The notes under the pieces: model-generated | What the model was told of the DNA's origin: nothing | Database searches by the model: none | What the model saw: the letters and a program-made list of their open reading frames with translations, nothing else | Part shown: piece by piece, positions 47,622 through 57,715 of the stretch | How the letters are laid out: every line of letters starts with the position of its first letter | Numbering within the stretch: the stretch's first letter is position 1 | Position numbers and translations under genes: made by a program | Assembly: GCA_964399345.1 (NCBI GenBank) | Contig: CAYNQE010000001.1 | Location: forward strand, 17,060 to 81,059 | Direction of reading: 5' to 3' | Length of the DNA: 64,000 nt | Source: an uncultured Candidatus Saccharibacteria bacterium | GTDB lineage: Bacteria > Patescibacteriota > Minisyncoccia > Phycocordibacterales > UBA2100

Positions 47622-50090
47622 TTACTCCCCAACCTCTTCTTTTAATGTCACCATTGAAGCAATTGAATCTCCTGCTCGTAACTTCATTATTCTAACTCCT
47701 TGAGTTTGTCTTCCTTGAAGTTTCACTTCGTCTAGACTGGTTCGTATAACTTGCCCCTTCTTTGAAACAGCCACCAACTCCCCGCCTTCTCTCTCAATAA
47801 CCTCAGCTCCAATCACCTCCTTTGTCTTTGCTGTTATTTGAGATGTTTTTATTCCAGATCCTGCTCGTTTTTGTACCTTATACTCTCTCATTTGAGTTTT
47901 CTTTCCATACCCAGTTCCAGTTAGAACAAACAGAGCTTTTCCTTTTGAATCTTTTTCAACAATTCCGGCACCAATAACTTGATCATCCCCACTTAACTTT
48001 ATTCCTCGAACACCTGCTGCTGTTCTTCCCATTTCTCTGGCGTCTCCTTCTTTAAATCGTATTGCCTGTCCGTTTTTAGTTACAAGAACGATATCGTCTT
48101 CTTTGTTTAGGAAGTGTGCTGCTATCAATCTATCTTTTCCGTTAAGTTTTATCGCGATAAGTCCGCTTTGACGTACATCATGGAAGTGGGATGCTGATGT
48201 CTTTTTAATGGTTCCTTCTCTTGTAACCATAAGTAAAGATAGCTCATCTCCTTTCTTAGCATCTTTTGGCATTGGAAGAACAGAAGTAACATTCTCGTCT
48301 TGTTCTAATTGAAGGAAATTCATAATAGACTTTCCTTTTGTAGAACGCTTCCCTTCTGGTATTTCGTACATCTTTGTTTTGTACACCTTTCCTCCATCTG
48401 TGAAGAATAGTAAGTCAGAGTGTGCGCTTGCTGTTAAGAATGTCTTTACAACATCCTCCTCCTTCGTGTTCATGTCTATAACACCGACTCCGCCTCTTCT
48501 TTGCTGCCTGTATTCACTTGGGTTAGTTCGCTTAATGTAACCACCCTTAGTTAACACAAGAGCGTACTCATCATCTGCAATCACATCTTCCATAGAGAAG
48601 CTACCAATTCCCTGCTTCTTTATTTTAGTTCGTCTGTCGTCTCCTAATCTATCAGCTGCTTCCTTCAGTTCTTTCTTAATTAATGTTTTTAATTTTGCCT
48701 TACTCTTTAGAATTCCTTCTAATTCTTCGATTAGTTTCTTTAACTCGGCTAGTTCTTCATCAATTTTCTTTCTTTCTAGGTTAGCCAACTTTTGAAGTCG
48801 CATCTCAAGAATAGCAGTTGCCTGAATTTCTGAGAACTTAAACGTCTTCATTAATCCGGCGTGTGCTGTTGGAACATCCTTACTCTTCTTAATTAGAGCA
48901 ATTACTTTGTCTATATTGTCTAAGGCTTTCTTTAACCCTAACAGGATGTGTTCACGTGCTTTTGCCTTATCTAAATCAAATTGAGTTCGCCTTGTTATAA
49001 CCTCTATTCGGTGACCGATATATGATTCGATCATTGGTTTTAAAGAAAGTGTTTTAGGCACTCCGTCAACAATTGCTACCATGTTGTAATGGAAGGCTTC
49101 CTCTAGTTGAGTGTGTTTGTAGATATAGTTTAGTACTGACTGGGGGTGTGCTGTTCCTTTTAGATCAATTGCTATTCGTATGTCTGTTGTTGACTCATCT
49201 CTTAGACCTTTAATCCCCTCAAGTTTCTTTGCGTGGACTAAGTCTGCAATCTTTGTAATTAAGTTTGCTTTATTAACACGGTACGGAATAGATGAAATTA
49301 TAATCTGGAAAGCCCCTTTTTTTCCTTCCACAATCTCAGCTTCTCCGCGTACTACAACACCACCTCTTCCTGTGGCGTAGGCACTTGAAATATCTTTCTG
49401 ATTGTACGCAATACATCCTGTAGGAAAGTCTGGTCCCTTAACAAATTTTAGAAGGTCTTCTGTTGTACTCTTTGGGTTGTCTATAAGATGTAGTGTTGCA
49501 TCAGTTACCTCCCGCAAGTTGTGTGGAGGAATGTTTGTTGCCATACCTACGGCAATACCTAGCGTTCCATTTAACAGTAGGTTAGGAAGAGCTGCAGGTA
49601 ATACAACTGGTTCTTTCTCAGTATTATCGTAGTTTGCTCTAAAATCTACCGTGTCTTTGTTTAAATCTCTTAGTAGCTCAGATGCCATGTTAGAAGTTTT
49701 TGCCTCTGTATATCGCATTGCAGCAGCATTGTCTCCATCAATTGATCCAAAGTTACCTTGTCCTATAACAAGCGGATATCGCATAGTAAAATCCTGGGTA
49801 AGGTTAACCATCGAATCATAAACAGCTGTATCTCCATGTGGGTGGTACTTACCGATAACCTCACCTACAACTGTGGCTGACTTTCGTGTTTTTCCTCCCG
49901 GACCAAGGTTTAGTTTATTCATCGCGTAGAGAATACGTCGATGCACCGGCTTTAGACCATCTCTCACGTCTGGAAGCGCTCGTGAAGTTATTACAGTCAT
50001 GGCGTAGTTAATGTACGCCTCTCTCATTTCACCAGAAATTCCCTGCTTAATGATTCCTCTTATTGGTTCTTTGTTTTCTTTTTCTGCCAT
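47622..50090 (-). CDS. gyrA: DNA gyrase subunit A
   Basis: YAMTVITSRALPDVRDGLKPVHRRILYAM contains the active-site Tyr region. C-terminal beta-pinwheel repeats. 822 aa. Confidence 0.95.
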   Translation of the reverse strand: MAEKENKEPIRGIIKQGISGEMREAYINYAMTVITSRALPDVRDGLKPVHRRILYAMNKLNLGPGGKTRKSATVVGEVIGKYHPHGDTAVYDSMVNLTQDFTMRYPLVIGQGNFGSIDGDNAAAMRYTEAKTSNMASELLRDLNKDTVDFRANYDNTEKEPVVLPAALPNLLLNGTLGIAVGMATNIPPHNLREVTDATLHLIDNPKSTTEDLLKFVKGPDFPTGCIAYNQKDISSAYATGRGGVVVRGEAEIVEGKKGAFQIIISSIPYRVNKANLITKIADLVHAKKLEGIKGLRDESTTDIRIAIDLKGTAHPQSVLNYIYKHTQLEEAFHYNMVAIVDGVPKTLSLKPMIESYIGHRIEVITRRTQFDLDKAKAREHILLGLKKALDNIDKVIALIKKSKDVPTAHAGLMKTFKFSEIQATAILEMRLQKLANLERKKIDEELAELKKLIEELEGILKSKAKLKTLIKKELKEAADRLGDDRRTKIKKQGIGSFSMEDVIADDEYALVLTKGGYIKRTNPSEYRQQRRGGVGVIDMNTKEEDVVKTFLTASAHSDLLFFTDGGKVYKTKMYEIPEGKRSTKGKSIMNFLQLEQDENVTSVLPMPKDAKKGDELSLLMVTREGTIKKTSASHFHDVRQSGLIAIKLNGKDRLIAAHFLNKEDDIVLVTKNGQAIRFKEGDAREMGRTAAGVRGIKLSGDDQVIGAGIVEKDSKGKALFVLTGTGYGKKTQMREYKVQKRAGSGIKTSQITAKTKEVIGAEVIEREGGELVAVSKKGQVIRTSLDEVKLQGRQTQGVRIMKLRAGDSIASMVTLKEEVGE

Positions 50091-50091
50091 A

Positions 50092-50379
50092 TTATAAATC
50101 TGTGCTCGGTACTATATCATTTTCTTCTTCAAGTATCTGCCGTATTTGGTTGTACTGAGTACCAAATTCGTTTATTGCGTTATTTAATTCACTTTCTGCA
50201 TTCTTTAGTGCACTTGCACTTTGTTCTGGAACTGCAACGTATACATTATTATCTACGTCATTAAAAAAAGTTGCTCCCCAGAAAAGAAATAGTGCGAGGG
50301 CTGCAATACCCGCAGCAATTGCCGCAAACGCGATTCGCTCATCCTCTGGTCTTTCTCTCATGTCGTTTATAAATTTCAT
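50092..50379 (-). CDS. Hypothetical small membrane protein
   Basis: Single TM helix. Translationally coupled to the upstream gene by a 4-nt overlap. Confidence 0.35.
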   Translation of the reverse strand: MKFINDMRERPEDERIAFAAIAAGIAALALFLFWGATFFNDVDNNVYVAVPEQSASALKNAESELNNAINEFGTQYNQIRQILEEENDIVPSTDL

Positions 50380-51122
50380 GATTTAAGTACAACTGTTTCC
50401 CCCATTTTACCTTCAATATCTTTCTTTTTTATCGTTAGCTTTTCTACTGGCTTTAGATCTTCAACTCCGGCCTCCTTTAAATAGGACTTTAAAGAGTTAG
50501 AGGCCCCAATTCCATCATAGTGAACTGGAATTACTATCTTGGCCTCAAGGGCTACAGCCAAAGTGTGTGCCTCATTTGGATCCAACACTCCATCTCCTCC
50601 AATTGGTACAAATAGTACGTCCACGGAGTCCATGTCTTCAACTACCTTAAGGTTAGGTTTCTTGTCAGAGACAGCGCCTAGAAATAGTAGGTTAATTCCT
50701 TCTAATCTAACAGCGTAAGTTGTGTTTATCTTATCGTCTGCTGCTTCAGTTTGAAATCCCTTAACAAACACTCCTTGTATTTCATACTCCCCAGGACCAC
50801 TAACTACAAATAACTCTTTTCCACTTCTAGTAACTTCATCTACTCCGTTAAAATCATCATCGTTTAATGATACAAATGCTATATCTGCTCCGAAACGTGT
50901 TGGTGCTATTTTTGACTTTTTTGAAACTGGGTTAAACGCTAATGTTGTGTCCCCAAAACTTACTTTTATAAACTCTCCTTTATGGTGTGTAATTATCATG
51001 AATTCGTATACAAATCCGCACGTAAAATATGCGGAACTTACCTGTATTATAGCATATTTTAAGCGTAAACTTAATTGCTTTTTAAGCATAAAAGCGTATA
51101 GTGTACCTGCCCAAAAGGGCAT
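50376..51122 (-). CDS. Metallo-beta-lactamase-fold hydrolase (UPF0173-like)
   Basis: MBL-fold metal-binding segments (VDVLFVPIGGDG, VIPVHYD). Confidence 0.65.
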   Translation of the reverse strand: MPFWAGTLYAFMLKKQLSLRLKYAIIQVSSAYFTCGFVYEFMIITHHKGEFIKVSFGDTTLAFNPVSKKSKIAPTRFGADIAFVSLNDDDFNGVDEVTRSGKELFVVSGPGEYEIQGVFVKGFQTEAADDKINTTYAVRLEGINLLFLGAVSDKKPNLKVVEDMDSVDVLFVPIGGDGVLDPNEAHTLAVALEAKIVIPVHYDGIGASNSLKSYLKEAGVEDLKPVEKLTIKKKDIEGKMGETVVLKS

Positions 51123-51149
51123 TTATTAATTTAGCGAAGGTTAAACCTT

Positions 51150-52319
51150 TTGTACAAGAACCCTAACGAGACCACGGGTACGAAAGACACTTCACAATAT
51201 ATAATGGTAAAAGAAAAAGAAGAGGTTCAAGACGAACCTAAGAGTAAAAAGGATTCAGTAATGACTGAACTTCTAAATGAGGTTCCAGCGAGTCCTGCAA
51301 TTGGAGATTTAGTAGAAGGACTTGTTGTCGACATCGACAAGGGGCGAATTTACATTGACCTGTTCCCATTTGGTACAGGAATAATTTACGGGCGAGAATA
51401 TCTCTCAGCACGTGACATACTTAAAAACGTAAACCCAGGTGACACAGTTGCCGCAAAAGTTTCAGGAATTGAAAACCCTGATGGATACATCGAAGTATCA
51501 CTAAGAGAGGCGCGCCAAGCACTAGTTTGGGGTGAGGCGGAAGACGCTCTTAAAAACAAGACGCAACTTGAGCTTGCAGTTAAGGACGCAAACAAAGGTG
51601 GTCTTATCGTTGAATGGCAAGGAATTCAAGGATTCCTTCCAGCATCACAACTTGGAGTGGATAATTACCCACGAGTTCCTGATGGTGACAAAGACAAGAT
51701 CTTTGCAGAGCTAAAACAACTCGTAGACAAGAAACTTACTCTTCACGTGATCACAGCTGACGCCAAAGAGCAAAAGCTTATCTTTACAGAAAAAGGCATC
51801 AACTCAGAAGAAAAAGCTGAAATGGTTGAGAAGTACCGAGTAGGTGACGCACACGACGGAGAAATAACTGGTGCTACTGACTTTGGAGTATTTGTTAAAT
51901 TAGAAGACGGACTTGAAGGACTTGTTCACATTTCAGAAATGGACTGGGCACTTGTTGAAGATCCTAAGAGCAAGTACAAAGTTGGAGAAAAGGTTCGTGT
52001 TCAAGTTATTGAAGTTAAAGACGGAAAGGTTTCACTTTCTATCAAGGCTCTTATCGAAGATCCTTGGAAAGCAGCTTCTAAAAGCTTTGAGCAAGGAGAC
52101 AAGGTTAAAGCTGTTGTTATTAAATATAACAAGCACGGAGCATTGGCTTCCATTGCAGAAGGTGTAGCAGGATTAGTTCACGTATCTGAATTCGGAGGAA
52201 GTGAAGAACTTCGCGAAGAATTGAGTTTAGGAGGATTATATCCATTCACTATTACCCTCTTTGATCCGGAAGATCATAAGATGACGTTGTCCTTTAAGGA
52301 CGCACCTACAGAGGAATAA
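51150..52319 (+). CDS. rpsA: 30S ribosomal protein S1 (multi-S1-domain). The start may be the later MTELL.
   Basis: Four S1-like OB repeats (GDLVEGLVVDI..., GLIVEWQG..., GEITGATDFGVFVKL..., GDKVKAVVIKYN...). Confidence 0.75.
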   Translation: MYKNPNETTGTKDTSQYIMVKEKEEVQDEPKSKKDSVMTELLNEVPASPAIGDLVEGLVVDIDKGRIYIDLFPFGTGIIYGREYLSARDILKNVNPGDTVAAKVSGIENPDGYIEVSLREARQALVWGEAEDALKNKTQLELAVKDANKGGLIVEWQGIQGFLPASQLGVDNYPRVPDGDKDKIFAELKQLVDKKLTLHVITADAKEQKLIFTEKGINSEEKAEMVEKYRVGDAHDGEITGATDFGVFVKLEDGLEGLVHISEMDWALVEDPKSKYKVGEKVRVQVIEVKDGKVSLSIKALIEDPWKAASKSFEQGDKVKAVVIKYNKHGALASIAEGVAGLVHVSEFGGSEELREELSLGGLYPFTITLFDPEDHKMTLSFKDAPTEE

Positions 52320-52321
52320 CG

Positions 52322-52348
52322 AAAAGCCCGCCGAAAGGCGGGTTTTCT
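52322..52348 (+). terminator. Bidirectional rho-independent terminator between rpsA and pth
   Basis: cccgcc-gaaa-ggcggg hairpin with T-runs on both sides. Confidence 0.7.
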
Positions 52349-52916
52349 AATTAAACAAATTCATCGCCTTTTCTTTTCCGTCGACGATAACGCTCTCAAG
52401 CGCCTTGGTTGTTGTTTTAAATACTTCATTTAATTGCTCGGTTTCTTTCTTTGAAAAGTCTCCTAGAAGGAAGTCATAAACTTTTTTGTCTCCTGAGGGT
52501 TTCTTTATCTTTCCAGTTGGTGTTGTTGGTGCAACACCGATTCTTACCCTTACAAAGTCTTTTGTTTTCAGTGCCTTTATTATAGATTCAACTCCCTTGT
52601 GTCCCCCGGATCCTCTTCCGTATGCAAGTCGAATACTACCAAAAGGTAAATCGATATCGTCGTAAACTACGATCACGTTCTTTGCATCTTTAACTGAAGT
52701 ACCTGATTTATTCATAAAAGTGTTTGGAAGAAGGAGTGATACTTTGTGTTTACCAATCTCTCCTTTAGAAAGGTCGCTCTTTGTTTTACTATCAACTACA
52801 AAGCCTCCGAATTCTTTCTCTTCGTCAAAAGCCTCAACCGCAAGTCGTCCTGCGTTGTGTCGTGTGTTTATATATTCCTCTCCGGGATTACCTAGTCCTA
52901 CAATTATAAATTTCAT
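52347..52916 (-). CDS. pth: Peptidyl-tRNA hydrolase
   Basis: MKFIIVGLGNPGEEYINTRHNAGRLAV is the Pth N-terminal signature. Confidence 0.9.
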   Translation of the reverse strand: MKFIIVGLGNPGEEYINTRHNAGRLAVEAFDEEKEFGGFVVDSKTKSDLSKGEIGKHKVSLLLPNTFMNKSGTSVKDAKNVIVVYDDIDLPFGSIRLAYGRGSGGHKGVESIIKALKTKDFVRVRIGVAPTTPTGKIKKPSGDKKVYDFLLGDFSKKETEQLNEVFKTTTKALESVIVDGKEKAMNLFN

Positions 52917-52952
52917 TTAATTAGTGTACCTTTTTGTTGGAAAAATGAAAAA

Positions 52953-53594
52953 TTGATGTTTCGAGAACAGACTTATCTTTGCGTCAATACAAACGAGTGT
53001 AGTACAATGCTTTCCATGCCAGCTGATTCACATCAAGAACCTCACCCTCTAGATGGTAATCACCCTACTTCTCTTAAAAGTCTAATTCTCTTTGCGGTTA
53101 TCGTTATGGTTATAGTACTTCCTATACGATTGTTTATCGCAAAGCCTTTTATCGTTTCAGGAACTTCTATGTTCCCTACCTTTGATACTTGGCACTACCT
53201 TATCATCGATCAGATTAGTTACAGGTTTAACGAGCCTGAACGTGGTGATGTTATTGTCTTTCGTTTTCCTCAAGATCCATCACGCTTTTTTATTAAAAGA
53301 ATTATAGGCCTTCCAGGAGAGAGGGTTGTTCTCTCAGGAAACACTGTAACTATCTTTAATGACGAATCACCGGAAGGATTCGTTTTAGATGAACCATATG
53401 TTGATGACGAGCACCAAAAACCTTCGAATTCAGTTTCTAACCTAGGAGATAACGAATATTTTGTTCTGGGAGATAATCGCGCGGCATCTTCCGATTCAAG
53501 GTACTGGGGACCGTTGGAAGATAATAAGATAACCGGAAGAGCATACGTTCGACTCTTTCCTTTTAATAGTATAGGTACCTATCCAGGAAAATAA
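52953..53594 (+). CDS. lepB: Signal peptidase I
   Basis: Catalytic Ser box VSGTSMFPTF, Lys box, and GDNRAASSDSRYWGP box E. Confidence 0.85.
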   Translation: MMFREQTYLCVNTNECSTMLSMPADSHQEPHPLDGNHPTSLKSLILFAVIVMVIVLPIRLFIAKPFIVSGTSMFPTFDTWHYLIIDQISYRFNEPERGDVIVFRFPQDPSRFFIKRIIGLPGERVVLSGNTVTIFNDESPEGFVLDEPYVDDEHQKPSNSVSNLGDNEYFVLGDNRAASSDSRYWGPLEDNKITGRAYVRLFPFNSIGTYPGK

Positions 53595-53595
53595 T

Positions 53596-54741
53596 ATGTT
53601 AACAATTCAACAAACAAACTGTGCAAGCACAGGAGAACTTCTTGACCGAGCACTGGACACGATAGAATTCTATGGATTCAATCCCTTGGATAAGACCCTT
53701 AAAGACAAGAAGCCTGCAAAGGTGTTAAAGGTTCGCGCAAATGCCAACTTGGCGCTCCCTATTGAAAAAAAGTTATCCTCCCTAACTAAATCTTTCGTTT
53801 CTCACGGTTTTCATAGAGAGGATTTTCCTCATTTTGAATATCAGGTGGAAAGCGGGGCAAAAGTATCTTCGCTTTCATTACATGCAGTAGGAAGTAAGTC
53901 TTCTATTGCAGAGGCTATGCTTATCTCCACCCTAGAAAATATAGCTAGAGAAAGTGGCCTGCAAGGCTATGTTTTACATATCAATAGCATTGGTGACAAA
54001 GACTCTTCTGCTCGATATATTCGTGATTTAACTGCCTATCTACGAAATAATTTAAATGAGATGCCAGGCTATGCACGAGAGGATATGCAGGCAGGCAACC
54101 CCGTTAGAGCATTTTCAAAACTTTCTGAAAAACAAAATGAAATTGCAGGAGGTGCGCCTAATCCTATGGAGTATCTAAACGATGAAAGCAGGGCGCATCT
54201 GCGAACTGTTCTTGAATATGTTGAAAACATTGGAATTCCTTATGAATTAGACACATCAGTTCTAGGAAGTAATGATTGCTGGCAACACACAATATTTGAA
54301 TTAAGAATTCCTAACGAAAGTGGTGGAACAATAACAGTAGCCCGCGGTGGACGGCACGATTCTCTTGCATACAAGAGCTATCGAGTTGAAATGCCGGTTG
54401 TTAGTGTAATTATCGAACACGAAATACGAGGAAGGATTAAACCTAAAAGACGAGCAACTACAGATCCAAAATTCTTTTTTGCACAACTTGGCCCACAAGC
54501 TAAAATGAAAAGTTTTTCTGTTTTAGAATTACTTCGTAAGTCAGGAGTTCCTATTTCACAACAACTAGCGCTTGAAAGTATTGGTGCTCAACTTGAAAAA
54601 GTTACCACTCCGTATACCGTTATCATCGGCCACAAAGAAGCATTGGAGGAAACTGCAATTGTTCGTAATATGAATACCATGTCACAGGTAGTTGTTCCAC
54701 TATCAAACCTTTCTAGCTATTTGAAGAGATTGAAGGCTTAG
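53596..54741 (+). CDS. hisS: Histidine--tRNA ligase, divergent short form
   Basis: Class II motif 3 GGRHDSL (compare GGRYD.L). C-terminal anticodon-binding alpha/beta domain. N-terminal motif-1-like FYGFNPL. Confidence 0.55.
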   Translation: MLTIQQTNCASTGELLDRALDTIEFYGFNPLDKTLKDKKPAKVLKVRANANLALPIEKKLSSLTKSFVSHGFHREDFPHFEYQVESGAKVSSLSLHAVGSKSSIAEAMLISTLENIARESGLQGYVLHINSIGDKDSSARYIRDLTAYLRNNLNEMPGYAREDMQAGNPVRAFSKLSEKQNEIAGGAPNPMEYLNDESRAHLRTVLEYVENIGIPYELDTSVLGSNDCWQHTIFELRIPNESGGTITVARGGRHDSLAYKSYRVEMPVVSVIIEHEIRGRIKPKRRATTDPKFFFAQLGPQAKMKSFSVLELLRKSGVPISQQLALESIGAQLEKVTTPYTVIIGHKEALEETAIVRNMNTMSQVVVPLSNLSSYLKRLKA

Positions 54742-54807
54742 TTGACAAACCGCTAGTCTCATAGTACTATATATTTACAGTACATTTATATAACGGAGGT
54801 ACAAATC

Positions 54808-55236
54808 ATGATTTTTTCGCTGAAGACTACCCATGGAGTTTTGCGATTTTTCAATAATCGGAAAAACTTTGGTATTATCGATTCATCAATCGGTCCAATC
54901 TACCTACCAGGCAAAGTTCTGGACGGATCAAAGTTTTCATCCGTAGACACAGGTGATTCGATCACCGTTGGCTATGGGACAAGAGAAGATGGGAGCTTCT
55001 TCGTCACAGGAATAGACGCCATCACACAACCTCCCCGGATTCTCGGAACTATCAAATGGTTCAACTGGACTAAGGGCTATGGTTTTGTCGAAGTTGAGGG
55101 AGAAAAGGATGTGTTCCTTCCCAAAAGCATCCTGAAAAAATGTGGGCTTCAAGAAATTTATGACGGTGTCCCGGTTACATTGACTCACCGACCCTCGGAA
55201 CGTAACCCCATCTGCACAAGTATCGCAATGGTATGA
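54808..55236 (+). CDS. Protein with two cold-shock (CSD) domains
   Basis: GVLRFFNNRKNFGII and GTIKWFNWTKGYGFVEV are RNP1-like CSD motifs. Confidence 0.7.
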   Translation: MIFSLKTTHGVLRFFNNRKNFGIIDSSIGPIYLPGKVLDGSKFSSVDTGDSITVGYGTREDGSFFVTGIDAITQPPRILGTIKWFNWTKGYGFVEVEGEKDVFLPKSILKKCGLQEIYDGVPVTLTHRPSERNPICTSIAMV

Positions 55237-55281
55237 TCTTCCAAGCGCACACCTCTCGGGGTGTGCGCTTTGATTTTAAGG

Positions 55282-55680
55282 GGTTGACAGGTCTCTAACA
55301 CAATGATGTCTTACTTGAGTCTAATGCGATTCGCGCATTAGACTTTGAAACGACAACGGAGGAATCCATGTCAAAATTGTTCCCGGCCCCACGTGGGGCA
55401 CCCGTAAAAAGTTATGTTTAGTGCATCTCTTTTTTTCCACTTCTGCCGGACGGCCGCCGGTGCGATTCAACAGAATCGCGGCGCCTGCCCTGAGGATGGC
55501 AATGGGTTTTAATCGAAAGATATAAACCCAAGCCGTTTTAACGGATTTGCACAAGCAGTCCGTTACGACCTAAAACCATAAGGAGGACTGACCCCATGAG
55601 GAGAATAAACTCATCTTGGCGGCCATCAGCCGCCGGTGACAATTTCGCCCCGCATTCGTGCGGGGCGCTCTTTTTTATAT
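55282..55680 (+). ncRNA. Candidate structured noncoding RNA of unassigned family. GC-rich, ends in an intrinsic terminator (55645-55676).
   Basis: About 400 nt with no plausible ORF and multiple GC-rich hairpins (aatgcgattcgcgcatt, ggccccacgtggggc, gcgattcaacagaatcgc). Terminator cgccccgca-ttcg-tgcggggcg followed by TCTTTTTT. Confidence 0.3.
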
Positions 55681-55726
55681 ACACCCCTAGCACTCTAAGC
55701 CTACTTATGGTAAAGTTTCGCCACAT

Positions 55727-55987
55727 ATGGCAACAAATATAGAAATTGAAAAGACTGGAAACGAAAACACGGGCGCTGTTTTGCGTAAGTTTACGCAACG
55801 TATGCGAAGTGCTGGTATCGTTCAAAAAATGCGAAAGATTCGCTACACTGCGCGCCCTCTTTCAGACTCCACTCGACGAGGTAAAGCTCTACGAAAGATC
55901 CGAAGAAAGAGCGAATTTGAGCAACTAATTAAAGACGGAAAACTATCCGACTCTGTACGCGGAAAGCGCGTTAAATGGGGAAAGTAG
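55727..55987 (+). CDS. rpsU: 30S ribosomal protein S21
   Basis: LRKFTQRMRSAGIVQKMRKIRYTARPLSDSTRRGKALRKIRRK matches the S21 consensus (LRRFKR...G...E.RRR..Y.KP...R). Confidence 0.8.
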   Translation: MATNIEIEKTGNENTGAVLRKFTQRMRSAGIVQKMRKIRYTARPLSDSTRRGKALRKIRRKSEFEQLIKDGKLSDSVRGKRVKWGK

Positions 55988-56018
55988 ACGACGCACTAGC
56001 GTCGTTTATTTAATTACT

Positions 56019-56393
56019 ATGTTTGATATACGTAATACTACTAAAGTTAAACCTAAAATCTCTTTTGAAAAGATTAAGATTTCTGTTTTAGGTTCAAAAT
56101 ATGAACTCTCTCTTGTGCTAATGGGAGACACTCTTGCAACAAGACTAAACAAAGAACACAAAAAGAAAGACGGGCCAACTAACATATTATCCTTCCCGCT
56201 TTCAGAAACCGAAGGTGAAATCTTTTTAAATCTTCGTCGCGCACAAAGAGACGCTAAAAAATTCGACCACACAATTAAGGAACACATCGCCTTCCTCTTC
56301 ATCCACGGATGCCTTCACCTTAAAGGGTTAGCCCACGGAGAAAAAATGGAAAAAGAAGAGACTAGACTTTTAAAGAAATTTTCGCACAGTTAA
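56019..56393 (+). CDS. ybeY: Endoribonuclease YbeY
   Basis: Zinc motif HGCLHLKGLAH (H-x3-H-x5-H). Confidence 0.85.
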   Translation: MFDIRNTTKVKPKISFEKIKISVLGSKYELSLVLMGDTLATRLNKEHKKKDGPTNILSFPLSETEGEIFLNLRRAQRDAKKFDHTIKEHIAFLFIHGCLHLKGLAHGEKMEKEETRLLKKFSHS

Positions 56394-56433
56394 CCCATTT
56401 GAAAGCCTTCTTTTTGGAGGCTACAATGGGTGC

Positions 56434-57594
56434 ATGCGTAGTAAAAACACTATTGTCGGTATCGACATCGGAACGTACAACATAAAAGTTGTTATCACTC
56501 AAATTCAGAGTGACGGTACTCCCCCACATATAATTGGAACTGGTTCTGCAATTTCAAACGGAATGCGTCATGGATATATTGTAAGTAAGGTGGACGTTGT
56601 TGAAAGTATAAGACGCGCGATAAACCAGGCTCAAAAAGAAGCGGGTGTTAAGATTGAACGAGCCTACGTTTCTATCGGTGGAATTGGATTAGAAGATAAA
56701 TATTCTCACGGTGAGGCAATTGTTAGTCGCGCTAATTCAGAAGTTACTGAAATTGATACAGAAAATGCCTTAGCCGAATCAGAAGCACGGATCAGTCGTG
56801 AGTTAATGAATCACAAGATACTTCACGCAGTTCCTGTCTCCTACCTACTAGATGGTCAAAGAGTGTTAGGAAATCCTGTAGGAATGCATGGTTCTAAAAT
56901 TGAAGTTGAATCAATGTTCGTTACCGTTCTGGAGCAACACTTAAACGACCTTGTGAGTGCAATTGAAGCAGCTGGAGTTGAAACTATAGATATAATGGCA
57001 GCTCCCATTGCAGCGAGTCTTGTAACACTAACAAAGCAGCAAAAAATGGTTGGTTGTGTTCTTGCAAACGTTGGGGCAGAAACTGTCTCCGTTGTTGTTT
57101 TTGAAGAAAACACCCCAATTTCACTTAAGGTGTTCCCTACTGGATCTACTGATATTACGAATAATATTGCAATAGAGTTACGTGTTCCTCTTTCTGAGGC
57201 TGAGCAGTTAAAACGAGGTGCTGTAACAGGTACAAGTCTTCCAAGAAAAAAGCTCGAAGATATTGTTGCTGCAAAAACAAAACAAATGTTTATGCTAATT
57301 CAAGACCATTTGAAAAAGATTAACAGAGCAGGCCTACTTCCTGCTGGAATAATACTAACTGGAGGAGGATCTGGAATTGCAGACCTTGAGGCATATGCAA
57401 AAGCCGCACTTAAATTACCCAGTGAGACCGCAGGACTACGATTAGGAGAACAAAGACTGAAGGATGCCTCTTGGGCTGTAGCATATGGACTTTGTATATG
57501 GGGAGTCTCATCAGATTCAGACACGGTAGGTATTGAAAATGCACACGCTGCTGGTGCTAAATTCCTTTCGTGGTTTAAGCAGTTCTTGCCGTAG
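56434..57594 (+). CDS. ftsA: Cell division protein FtsA
   Basis: Actin-fold phosphate-1 motif IVGIDIGTYNIKVV. Immediately upstream of ftsZ. Confidence 0.85.
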   Translation: MRSKNTIVGIDIGTYNIKVVITQIQSDGTPPHIIGTGSAISNGMRHGYIVSKVDVVESIRRAINQAQKEAGVKIERAYVSIGGIGLEDKYSHGEAIVSRANSEVTEIDTENALAESEARISRELMNHKILHAVPVSYLLDGQRVLGNPVGMHGSKIEVESMFVTVLEQHLNDLVSAIEAAGVETIDIMAAPIAASLVTLTKQQKMVGCVLANVGAETVSVVVFEENTPISLKVFPTGSTDITNNIAIELRVPLSEAEQLKRGAVTGTSLPRKKLEDIVAAKTKQMFMLIQDHLKKINRAGLLPAGIILTGGGSGIADLEAYAKAALKLPSETAGLRLGEQRLKDASWAVAYGLCIWGVSSDSDTVGIENAHAAGAKFLSWFKQFLP

Positions 57595-57715
57595 GCTGTC
57601 AAACTTCCCTTTGCACTGCCAAATTGTTAATATGTATTCATTACACGACCTTTCTTGGTCTGTAGGTATTTGTTGCACTTTTTAGAAACTTACAGACACT
57701 TAAATTAAATAAATT

